Source: a bacterium (GTDB lineage Bacteria; Krumholzibacteriota; Krumholzibacteriia; G020349025). Taken from it: DNA of 64,000 nt. Position numbers and translations under genes: made by a program. Each line of letters opens with the position of its first letter. Within the stretch, counting starts at the first letter, position 1. Below, piece after piece: positions 1 to 7,507 of the stretch. Location: assembly GCA_031362565.1 (NCBI GenBank), contig JANLSU010000069.1:62419-126418 (forward strand), read 5' to 3'. A model generated the notes under the pieces. It did no database searches and was not told where the DNA came from. It saw nothing but the letters and a program-made list of their open reading frames with translations.

Positions 1-1
1 C

Positions 2-1684
2 GCGGTGAGCCCGTGCTCGATCAGCGACCTCGCAGCGGGTGCTCAGACGGCCTGCAATGCGACCTCGAATACCTACACGCAGGTCGTGGTCGTGACGTTC
101 GCGAACGCGCCGGCGTCCGGCAACCTGGTCGTGAACGGGCAGACATTCTTGATCGGCACGAGCCCGCAGAGCGTCACCCTTGTCGGTCTGAACGCCAACG
201 GCGCTGCAGTCAATGTGACGGCGAGCTTCTCCGCGGATTCGGGGTGCTCGCGCACGGAAAATGCCCTGTTCACCGCTCCGGCGAGCTGCGCGGTGAGCCC
301 GTGCTCGATCAGTGATCTCGCAGCGGGTGCTCAGACGGCCTGCAATGCGACCTCGAACACCTACACGCAGGTCGTGGTCGTGACGTTCGCGAACCCGCCC
401 ACGTCCGGCAATCTGGTTGTAAATGGGCAGACGTTCGCGATCGGGACGAGCCCACGGAGCGTCACGCTCACGGGCCTAAACGCCAACGGCGCCGTGGTCA
501 ATGTGACGGCAAGCTTCTCCGCGGATTCGGGGTGCTCGCGCACGGAGAACGCTCTGTTCACCGCTCCGGCGAGCTGCGCGGCGAGCCCATGTTCGATCAG
601 TGATCTCGCGGCGGGTGCTCAGACAGTCTGCAATGCGACCACGAACACCTACACGCAGGACGTGGTCGTGACGTTCGCAAACCCGCCGACGTCCGGCAAC
701 CTGGTCGTGAATGGTCAGACGTTCCCGATCGGCACGAGCCCGCGGAGCGTCACGCTCACGGGCCTCAATGCGAACGGCGCTCCGGTCAACGTGACGGCGC
801 GCTTCTCGGCCGATACCGGCTGCCAGCGGACGGCGAACGCGCTCTTCACGGCTCCGCAAAGTTGCGGGCAGGGAGGCGTGCTGGACTGCTCGGACGCCGA
901 ACCTTCGAAGGACGAGTTGTCGGCAACACGACGCCATCGATTCAAGAAGGTCCGGATCGAGGACGTCGAGGGCTCGAATGGACGCGATGCCACGATCACG
1001 ATCACGCAGGTCACCTCCGACGAACCGGTCGGCAGTACTTGCCCCGATGCGGTGATTCACAGCAACGGTACCGTGGATCTGCGCGCCGAGAGCGATAGCA
1101 CCGGGAACGGACGCGTGTACACGATCCTATTCACCGCGACCGACAACACCGGCGCTTCGTGCAGCGACTCGGTGTTCGTCTGCGTGCCGCGCGCTTCGCG
1201 GCATGACGGCGATGATGACGACGATGACCACCGCCGGCCCGGCAACCGACCTGGCAACCGGACTCTTGGTGGGGATGACGATGACGATGACGATCGTGGC
1301 GGTGATCACGACGGTGACAACGACGGGCACGGGCACAGGCCTCATTGCGTTCGTGACGCGGGCCAATACGACGCCACGGTGTGCACTGTTGGCGGGGCGG
1401 GTCAGGGACAGCCATCCACCCGACCCATCGTCACGAAGGCCACGGGCGGTCAGGTAACGATTCAGCTGACGACCGTCGGGACGGGCCCGGTCGATGTCCG
1501 GATCTACGATTTGCGAGGACGACTCGTACGCCGCCTGGCTGCCGAGCAGATGCCGGCCGGTGCGCACGCGCTGCACTGGGACGGCCGCGATGCCAATGGC
1601 AACGAAACAGCAAGCGGCATTTACCTCGTGCGGGCTGTGATGGACGGCGCGTTGCATACGTCCAAGACGGTGTGGATGCGCTAG
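2..1684 (+). CDS. Secreted repeat protein (5'-partial): three Cys-containing 96-aa repeats, a beta-rich domain with an Asp/His-rich insert, and a C-terminal FlgD-Ig-like sorting domain
   Basis: Frame is open from the window edge. Repeats read SPCSISDLAAGAQT.CNAT...TAP.SC. C-terminus is VDVRIYDLRGRLVRRL...WDGRDANG...SGIYLVR. Confidence 0.85.
   Translation, partial: AVSPCSISDLAAGAQTACNATSNTYTQVVVVTFANAPASGNLVVNGQTFLIGTSPQSVTLVGLNANGAAVNVTASFSADSGCSRTENALFTAPASCAVSPCSISDLAAGAQTACNATSNTYTQVVVVTFANPPTSGNLVVNGQTFAIGTSPRSVTLTGLNANGAVVNVTASFSADSGCSRTENALFTAPASCAASPCSISDLAAGAQTVCNATTNTYTQDVVVTFANPPTSGNLVVNGQTFPIGTSPRSVTLTGLNANGAPVNVTARFSADTGCQRTANALFTAPQSCGQGGVLDCSDAEPSKDELSATRRHRFKKVRIEDVEGSNGRDATITITQVTSDEPVGSTCPDAVIHSNGTVDLRAESDSTGNGRVYTILFTATDNTGASCSDSVFVCVPRASRHDGDDDDDDHRRPGNRPGNRTLGGDDDDDDDRGGDHDGDNDGHGHRPHCVRDAGQYDATVCTVGGAGQGQPSTRPIVTKATGGQVTIQLTTVGTGPVDVRIYDLRGRLVRRLAAEQMPAGAHALHWDGRDANGNETASGIYLVRAVMDGALHTSKTVWMR
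5..868 (+). repeat. Three tandem 288-bp coding repeats
   Basis: Units start at 5, 293 and 581 (gtgagcccgtgctcgatcag / gtgagcccgtgctcgatcag / gcgagcccatgttcgatcag). More copies may lie upstream of the window. Confidence 0.95.
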
Positions 1685-1707
1685 ACGGTCGATCGGAACG
1701 TTCGAAC

Positions 1708-1735
1708 GAACGGGGGCCCCGCCGGCCCCCCGTTT
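1708..1735. terminator. GC-rich hairpin between convergent genes
   Basis: AACGGGGGCC-ccgcc-GGCCCCCCGTT lies between the stops at 1684 and 1738. Confidence 0.6.
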
Positions 1736-1737
1736 GC

Positions 1738-3624
1738 TCATGGCTCTTGCCGCCCGAGCGCGGTGGTCACCAAGCGGATGCATTCCTTGAACCGCGCAGA
1801 ATTCGCATACGCAGTGGCGGGTGCGAGTACCTCATAGGCTTCTTGGTCGCGGCCCAAACTGTGAAGCAGCGAGCCCAGGTTGGTGCGCGCCTCCTCGAAC
1901 CGCGGCGCGATGGCGATCGCACTCTCGAAGTTGCGGATTGCAGCGTCGTTGTCGCCGCGGAGTGCCTCGCACGTCGCAATGTTGCTCAAGACGTGCTCAT
2001 GGTTGGGGTGCACTTCGAGGGCACTGCGGAAATCGGCCAGGGCTCCCACCCGGTCACCCATCTCGAAACGCGCCACGCCGCGATACCAGACCACCGGAAC
2101 GCCGCTCGGATCGATGTCGTAGTAGCGGCGGTCGACGCGGTCGATGTGCGCCGCCATCGCCGGCCAATTCTTCGCCACCCGAGCTTCCAGCGCGCGGCGC
2201 AATTCGACCTCGGCGAAGTAGCGCGAGTAGGCGACCCGGCCGGCGATCAGCGTCGTCATCCACAGCACTGCAACGAGCGCCAGCGCCCACCGCCGCGAAA
2301 CTGAATGCGCCGCCGGCTTGTCCCCGGCGCCACGATCGAACGAGACCAGCGTTCCGATCAGGAGGGCCAGATAGACCAGGTGAGTCATCCGCTCCTTTGG
2401 AAAGCTGAACAGCGAATCGAGCCCATACCCGGCCACCCCCGCCAACATGAGGGCCAGCACAAGACGATCACGGCCCGACGGCGTGCGCGCCATGGTCCGG
2501 GCCCCGACGCCGAGAACGCTCCCGAAGATCGCGAGGTACAGGAGGCCGCCCATCAGTCCCGTTTCGCTGGTCACCCAAAGGATATCGTTGTGGGGACGCT
2601 GGAAGTGGAGGGTGCCGGTGTCCGAACGTAGGCCTTCAGCCCCGTACGACGGAACGACGATGCGCCAGTTGCCCAAGCCCACCCCGAGGAGCGGATGCTC
2701 CCGGATCATTCGGACCGTTCGCGACCAGAGCTCGAGACGCTCGTGAATCGAAGCGTCTTCGAGCTGCACCATCGAACCGACCTGCGCGCGCATCGGCGCG
2801 CGAGCGCCGGGCGAGTAGAAAAGCAAGGCCAGGCTCACCGCGGCCGTCGCCAAGGCGGCCATTTGAATCAGGCGCGGACGGTACGTGCCCAGGTGATCAC
2901 CGGTCGATCGGGCGCGTTTCGTGACGAATGCCAGAACGGCGAGGCTGAAAACCAGGCCGCCAGGAAAGGCGATCCAAGCCGAGCGGGTCTGCAATACGAC
3001 CAGAAGGAACACGGAGATCAACATCGTCACTGCGCTCGCAACACGCCATCTTCCCTCGTGTTCGAGCAAGCCATACGTGACGAACGGGAATGCAACAACC
3101 AGGAAGGACGCTAATAGGTTGCGGTGTCCCATCGTCGAGTCGACGGTGGTATCGCGCTTCATCCACTCGAAGAGAGCGACCTGATAGTACTGCAGGATGG
3201 CGAAGCCACCGACAAGGAATACGCTCACGATGACGAACTTGGCCAGCAGCGCCAATCTGCTTCTTTCACCGTCGATCGCCCGCGCACTCGCATGGATCAA
3301 CCAAGCGAATGTCGCAAGTTTCAGGAGCTCGAAGGCCCCGTCGGGCGTCGGGCCATTGATGATGACCGAAAGCGTCGCGACCAGGATGAAGGCGATGAGA
3401 CAACCGAGCGGAATCGCTGCGGCCCGATTCACGGACAGAATCGTCCTCGATCGCAAGACGCCGATCCCGAAAACCGTGACGAGGACCATCCCCAGCAAGG
3501 AAACGACGAGAAAGCCCGCCGGCAGCACCGGGTCGATGGTTGCGTTCGAGTAGACGAGTGGAAGGAGCAATGCGGTCACGAACAAGTAGGCCCAGGTCCA
3601 GTGAGGCGGCCCAGTGCGCCCCAT
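1738..3624 (-). CDS. O-antigen ligase (Wzy_C)-family membrane protein with C-terminal TPRs
   Basis: Multiple TM helices. Motifs STMGHRNLLAS, TRSAWIA, ERLELW...HPLLGVGLGNW and RPHNDIL...ETGLMG. TPR-like tail. ATG at 3624 has a GGGGAG RBS; the longer ORF extension to 4140 is not credible. Confidence 0.85.
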   Translation of the reverse strand: MGRTGPPHWTWAYLFVTALLLPLVYSNATIDPVLPAGFLVVSLLGMVLVTVFGIGVLRSRTILSVNRAAAIPLGCLIAFILVATLSVIINGPTPDGAFELLKLATFAWLIHASARAIDGERSRLALLAKFVIVSVFLVGGFAILQYYQVALFEWMKRDTTVDSTMGHRNLLASFLVVAFPFVTYGLLEHEGRWRVASAVTMLISVFLLVVLQTRSAWIAFPGGLVFSLAVLAFVTKRARSTGDHLGTYRPRLIQMAALATAAVSLALLFYSPGARAPMRAQVGSMVQLEDASIHERLELWSRTVRMIREHPLLGVGLGNWRIVVPSYGAEGLRSDTGTLHFQRPHNDILWVTSETGLMGGLLYLAIFGSVLGVGARTMARTPSGRDRLVLALMLAGVAGYGLDSLFSFPKERMTHLVYLALLIGTLVSFDRGAGDKPAAHSVSRRWALALVAVLWMTTLIAGRVAYSRYFAEVELRRALEARVAKNWPAMAAHIDRVDRRYYDIDPSGVPVVWYRGVARFEMGDRVGALADFRSALEVHPNHEHVLSNIATCEALRGDNDAAIRNFESAIAIAPRFEEARTNLGSLLHSLGRDQEAYEVLAPATAYANSARFKECIRLVTTALGRQEP

Positions 3625-3740
3625 TGCTCCCCTGAGGCGCGTGTGGGTTGTCTTGTTCGTAGGCACCACGCACGCGTCCTTCCGCACAATCCGGTCGCGC
3701 GACTCCGGGGGCCCAGGATAGCGCACCTCGTGGGATGGTG

Positions 3741-3872
3741 TGTGCCAGGACAACCTTGTGGCACGCCCGCACAGTGCCGGCGTCGAAGCGCAGGAAATAG
3801 ATCCCGGCCGCAACCCGGTGGCCGGGCATCGTCCGTCCCGTCCCAGGTGCATTGGTGCCGGCCAGCTTGTAG
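3741..3872 (-). pseudogene. Orphan frameshifted FlgD-like C-terminal domain remnant
   Basis: LQAGRHQCTWDGTDDA, then one extra base near 3824, then GHRVAAGIYFLRFDAGTVRACHKVVLAH. Confidence 0.7.
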
Positions 3873-3950
3873 AGCGGCACCGCGGCCGCGGCGTCATTCC
3901 CAGGACCGTCGCCGTTATCGACCACGAGGCGCGAAAGCGAGTTCGCTGTG

Positions 3951-5411
3951 TCAAGTCGCGGCGACGACGGCCGGCGCCGCCGAGGGCGGCGATAGCGGCA
4001 CCGGCGGGACGGCCTGCGACAGCGGGGCTTGGGCGAATAGCGATGCAATCAGTCGCTCGTATTGCTGCAGGCGCTCGTTCGCTTCGTGCCACGTGTCCCG
4101 CGTCTTGGGTCGGTGCGGCAAGCCGGGATCGGCCAGGCAAGCCGGGCGCTCGACATCGAGTCCGAAGTACCGCGGCACGTCAGCACCCCGAACCGCGACG
4201 TTGATTTCGCGGTAGCAACGGCAGAGTTGGGTATGCGCCGCCGCCATCCGGTCGAGGTGGGCGACGAACTCGCCGTGGAAATGCTCGCGCGCGGCAGCCG
4301 CGGTGCTTGATTCGCTCTCACGGCTTCGCATCGCCTCGCGTAGCGCGCGCAGGTCATCGATCGCGGCGCGCTGGATCACCGTCAGTTGTTTGGAGCAGGT
4401 CGAATCCTCGATCTTGAACGCTGCGAGCGCCGCGGCCCGTCGCCGTCCGGCGGCTCCATAACCCGGATAGAGCTCGCCCATTCCCGCCGCGACGAACAGC
4501 GCAACCGTGCCCGACCCGGTGCCCAGAATCGCCAGCATCCAGGAACCGGAAGCCAGCGTCAATGGCGCGAGTGAGACATGGCGCCACAACTCGGCGAGTG
4601 CGGCTCCATCTTTGTTTGCAAGCAACACTTCACGGCAGTGCGCCCCCAGTCCATTGAGAGCCAGGATCCAGCCCAGAAACGCGGCCGCCGAAATTGTGCC
4701 GAGAAGCTTCGACCGAAAACCCCGACCGAGGAGTGGGGGAAGCCCACGCCGCGCGTACCAAACCGCCGGGCCAACATTGAGGAGCGAGAACAAGATGGAC
4801 GGCAGCGCCCCCGCGAAGCCTGACCAGCCGGCTTCTAGGAGACGCCCGGAGACCAGGGCCACGGCCATTGCGAGCATGCCGAGGACGAGGCCACGAACCA
4901 ACCGCTCGCCGCGCGACGGGAGGTGGGGGGGCTTCTCGAGTCCGTTGCGGGCCCGGAAGAGTTGGAACTCCGCCTCGGCGCTCTCGACGTGGAAGTGGCG
5001 AAATTCCAACAGCCGCACCTGCACGGCTCGGACGCGTGCTTGCAGCGCCTCGAGCCGGCCGGTGCACGCCCCTTCAATCGCCAGGCATTCGTCATCGGTG
5101 AGCAAAGTGCGGCAGATTGCAGCGTCATGCTTCGCGAGTTGCATGTCATACGCCAACGCCGCCTCCCGGACTCGCGATTCGATCGCACGAGCGATGGCAG
5201 TTTCGAACCCATCCGGTGGTTCGGCCGTCGAAGGCGGATCGCCGCGTTGCGCCGCATCGGCCGCTCGTGCGTAGAGATCGAGCCTGCGAGCGATCTCCTG
5301 TACATCGAACGGCGGAAATCCCTGAAATGCGGGTACGGCGGCCAGATGTGACTGCCCGAGTGTCGCTGTGAGGCTTTGCAGCGAGCCTGATATGCTCTTC
5401 TCGGATTCCAT
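3951..5411 (-). CDS. Hypothetical membrane protein with ~4 TM helices flanked by helical/coiled-coil regions
   Basis: 486-aa ORF with a central hydrophobic block and amphipathic helical flanks. Confidence 0.7.
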   Translation of the reverse strand: MESEKSISGSLQSLTATLGQSHLAAVPAFQGFPPFDVQEIARRLDLYARAADAAQRGDPPSTAEPPDGFETAIARAIESRVREAALAYDMQLAKHDAAICRTLLTDDECLAIEGACTGRLEALQARVRAVQVRLLEFRHFHVESAEAEFQLFRARNGLEKPPHLPSRGERLVRGLVLGMLAMAVALVSGRLLEAGWSGFAGALPSILFSLLNVGPAVWYARRGLPPLLGRGFRSKLLGTISAAAFLGWILALNGLGAHCREVLLANKDGAALAELWRHVSLAPLTLASGSWMLAILGTGSGTVALFVAAGMGELYPGYGAAGRRRAAALAAFKIEDSTCSKQLTVIQRAAIDDLRALREAMRSRESESSTAAAAREHFHGEFVAHLDRMAAAHTQLCRCYREINVAVRGADVPRYFGLDVERPACLADPGLPHRPKTRDTWHEANERLQQYERLIASLFAQAPLSQAVPPVPLSPPSAAPAVVAAT

Positions 5412-5580
5412 ACGGATCGTTGACTGTGCAGAAAACCTGCCGACGGTGCCGGGATGTCGAGGCCCCGCATCCCCGGGCGTGAAGGCGATTCGACAAAGAT
5501 CGTGTTCGCCCCACCCTTCCTCGGTGTTGCAGTTTGCGATTGCGGCTCTGCCGCGATTCTGCTGCGTCGCCCCCGACGGA

Positions 5581-5616
5581 AGAGAAACGGCGGCGCTTCG
5601 CGGGAAGCGCCGCCGT
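5581..5616 (-). terminator. Rho-independent terminator-like hairpin after the thioester-domain gene
   Basis: ACGGCGGCGCTTC-ccgc-GAAGCGCCGCCGT followed by TTCTCT on the minus strand. Confidence 0.7.
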
Positions 5617-5657
5617 CTCGTGGACCGTCGAGGCGTATTGAGGGTCGCGCTCCGCGC

Positions 5658-6536
5658 CTACCGGTACGTGTTCTTCACCCGGCTCCAGGTTGCCGAGACC
5701 GCGCCGACCGAGCAGTCACCGAAGGTCGTGGTCACATGACCGGTGCTCGAGGCGCCTTGAATGAGGTCCTGGCATCCTGGAATGATCCATTTCAGTCCAA
5801 CGGGAATCGTATAGGCCACATCCAGGGTGACCACATCGGTTCCGACTTCTGTCCACGACAAACTAAATTTGCCATTCGCGTCCGTCGTTCCGCTGCCACT
5901 GCCGGGGATGACGTGACCGATCGTCCAACTGATCGGCACGTTGGGCATGGGTTGACCGTTCTGGTCGAAGAGCGTCGCGGTGATCGTCACGGCGCTGCCC
6001 GGCGTCGGGCAGGGCGGCGAGGGTTGCGGCGTGAAGATGAGTGACGTCGGAGTCGGCGGCACCGTGGCGGTTTGCGCCGCCGCGATGATGGCTCGCGCCG
6101 CGTCGAAGACCGCGGTGTCGCTTCCGCCGGTTGAAATATCGACCCCATCGCTGAAGTGCCAGAGCGCGAGCTGCACAGCTGCCTTGCGCTGCACGTCCGT
6201 GGCCAGTTCACTCGGCATTCCGGGCACGGTGGGGTAGTAGTTGTTCAGGATCCACACGACTTCTTGAGACGTGATGTTGGGGCCCTGGGCATATGTCGCT
6301 GGATAGCAAAGGTTCGTTCCCGAGCGCACGCAGTACACGACGGTTGGCGTGACGCAGTCGATCTTGCCGTTGAACGTCCCGGCGTAGACCTGCTGGCCGC
6401 CGCGGAGATTGGGGTGCGACAGGATCATGTCATCGCCGACGATGTCGCCCAGATTCGGCGAAAGGCAGAGGTTCGAGGCGTGAGCGGCAAGAGGCGATAG
6501 GAGTACGATTAGTAATAGGATTAGCACTCGTCGCAT
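5658..6536 (-). CDS. Secreted thioester domain (TED/TQXA)-like protein with an Ig-like segment and a WSRVKNTYR tail
   Basis: Signal peptide MRRVLILLLIVLLSPLAAHA. Motifs VYCV, VVWILNNYYP, VQLALWHFSDG and a late GCQDLI Gln. Confidence 0.75.
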   Translation of the reverse strand: MRRVLILLLIVLLSPLAAHASNLCLSPNLGDIVGDDMILSHPNLRGGQQVYAGTFNGKIDCVTPTVVYCVRSGTNLCYPATYAQGPNITSQEVVWILNNYYPTVPGMPSELATDVQRKAAVQLALWHFSDGVDISTGGSDTAVFDAARAIIAAAQTATVPPTPTSLIFTPQPSPPCPTPGSAVTITATLFDQNGQPMPNVPISWTIGHVIPGSGSGTTDANGKFSLSWTEVGTDVVTLDVAYTIPVGLKWIIPGCQDLIQGASSTGHVTTTFGDCSVGAVSATWSRVKNTYR

Positions 6537-6766
6537 TTCAATCCTTTCGAGGGATGGGCAGTACCCGTCCCATAAGGTGTTTCCTACAAGAACTGCATCT
6601 TGTTCGTCGAACCTGCGCCAGCCGCGAGGTTCCGCCGCTGTCAAGAATGAATGCGACGATTGTAAGCGATGGACTGCCGCGTAGACAAGGACTTAGGAGG
6701 GGCACCTTGGCAAATTCGCTCGGCCGGTGGGCCACCTCCTCAAACTTCTGGATTGACCGGCCTTGG

Positions 6767-7126
6767 TCAGGTGAAGCGGGCGGCTGGCGTTCGCATCCAG
6801 CGTTCCACCTGGTCAGGCGTTAGTCTTCGCTCGTTCAAATACCACGCCGCGAATTCCGCTTCTCCGAGCCGCCAAAGGACGTTCGCCGGCGGCGTTCCCC
6901 AGCAGGCGACCACAATGCGGTCGCTGAGCCATTGGTAGTGAGCGGCGCAGAGACACAACACGTCGCGGAGTTCGGGCGGCGGATCGTCGTTCGGTTCGAG
7001 GCCTCCCGGAATGTGGACCCGGCCGCGCGCGGTGCAGCCTGGCGCGTCGCAACGGCCTCGCGGCCTCGAGTGGGCGTACTCTTTGTCGCTCGGTGGTAAC
7101 GGAGCGCGAGGCGGTGTCCTGCCCAT
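6767..7126 (-). CDS. Small protein resembling a degenerate HNH/Zn-binding module
   Basis: RCDAPGC...LCAAH...GTPPANVLWRLG. ATG at 7126 has a GGGAG RBS. The HNH histidine pattern is incomplete. Confidence 0.45.
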   Translation of the reverse strand: MGRTPPRAPLPPSDKEYAHSRPRGRCDAPGCTARGRVHIPGGLEPNDDPPPELRDVLCLCAAHYQWLSDRIVVACWGTPPANVLWRLGEAEFAAWYLNERRLTPDQVERWMRTPAARFT

Positions 7127-7279
7127 TTGCTCTCCCACGTTTGACCCGCGCGGCCCCAGGACCGCGCACCATGGGGGCATCGATCGTGCCCGAATGAAAG
7201 CAGCCTGGGGCGGCCGCATTGTCACCAGCGCTTCGACGAAGCCTTGTACCCTTCGTGCCCAACGGCTGTAAACCTCGAT

Positions 7280-7424
7280 TTACAGATGGGCGCTGATCAG
7301 GTCGCACCGGCTGTTCAGTGTGCCGGTGTATCCGAAGGACACCGTGACCGCCTGCGCCGGTGCGCCCGCACCCGCAAACAGGAGGGCGAAAGCCAGGATC
7401 GCCGCGCCGGCCGGGTGTGCGCAT
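7280..7424 (-). pseudogene. Truncated remnant of a secreted-protein 5' end
   Basis: Signal-peptide-like AAILAFALLFAGAGAPAQA|VTVSFGYTGTLNS is out of frame with the ATG at 7424 and stops early. Confidence 0.45.
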
Positions 7425-7507
7425 CGGGTTGCGTTTCGCTGCTCTGGATCTTGGAAAAGCCTAGGCGATTTTCGAGCCGGGTGCAATGCGCGAACTGGCT
7501 CTTGGAT

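Noticed and set aside
3625..4140. N-terminal extension of the O-antigen ligase ORF to 800 aa
   Set aside because: It overlaps another gene and a CTD remnant and has low-complexity Arg/Pro composition. A good RBS and ATG exist at 3624.
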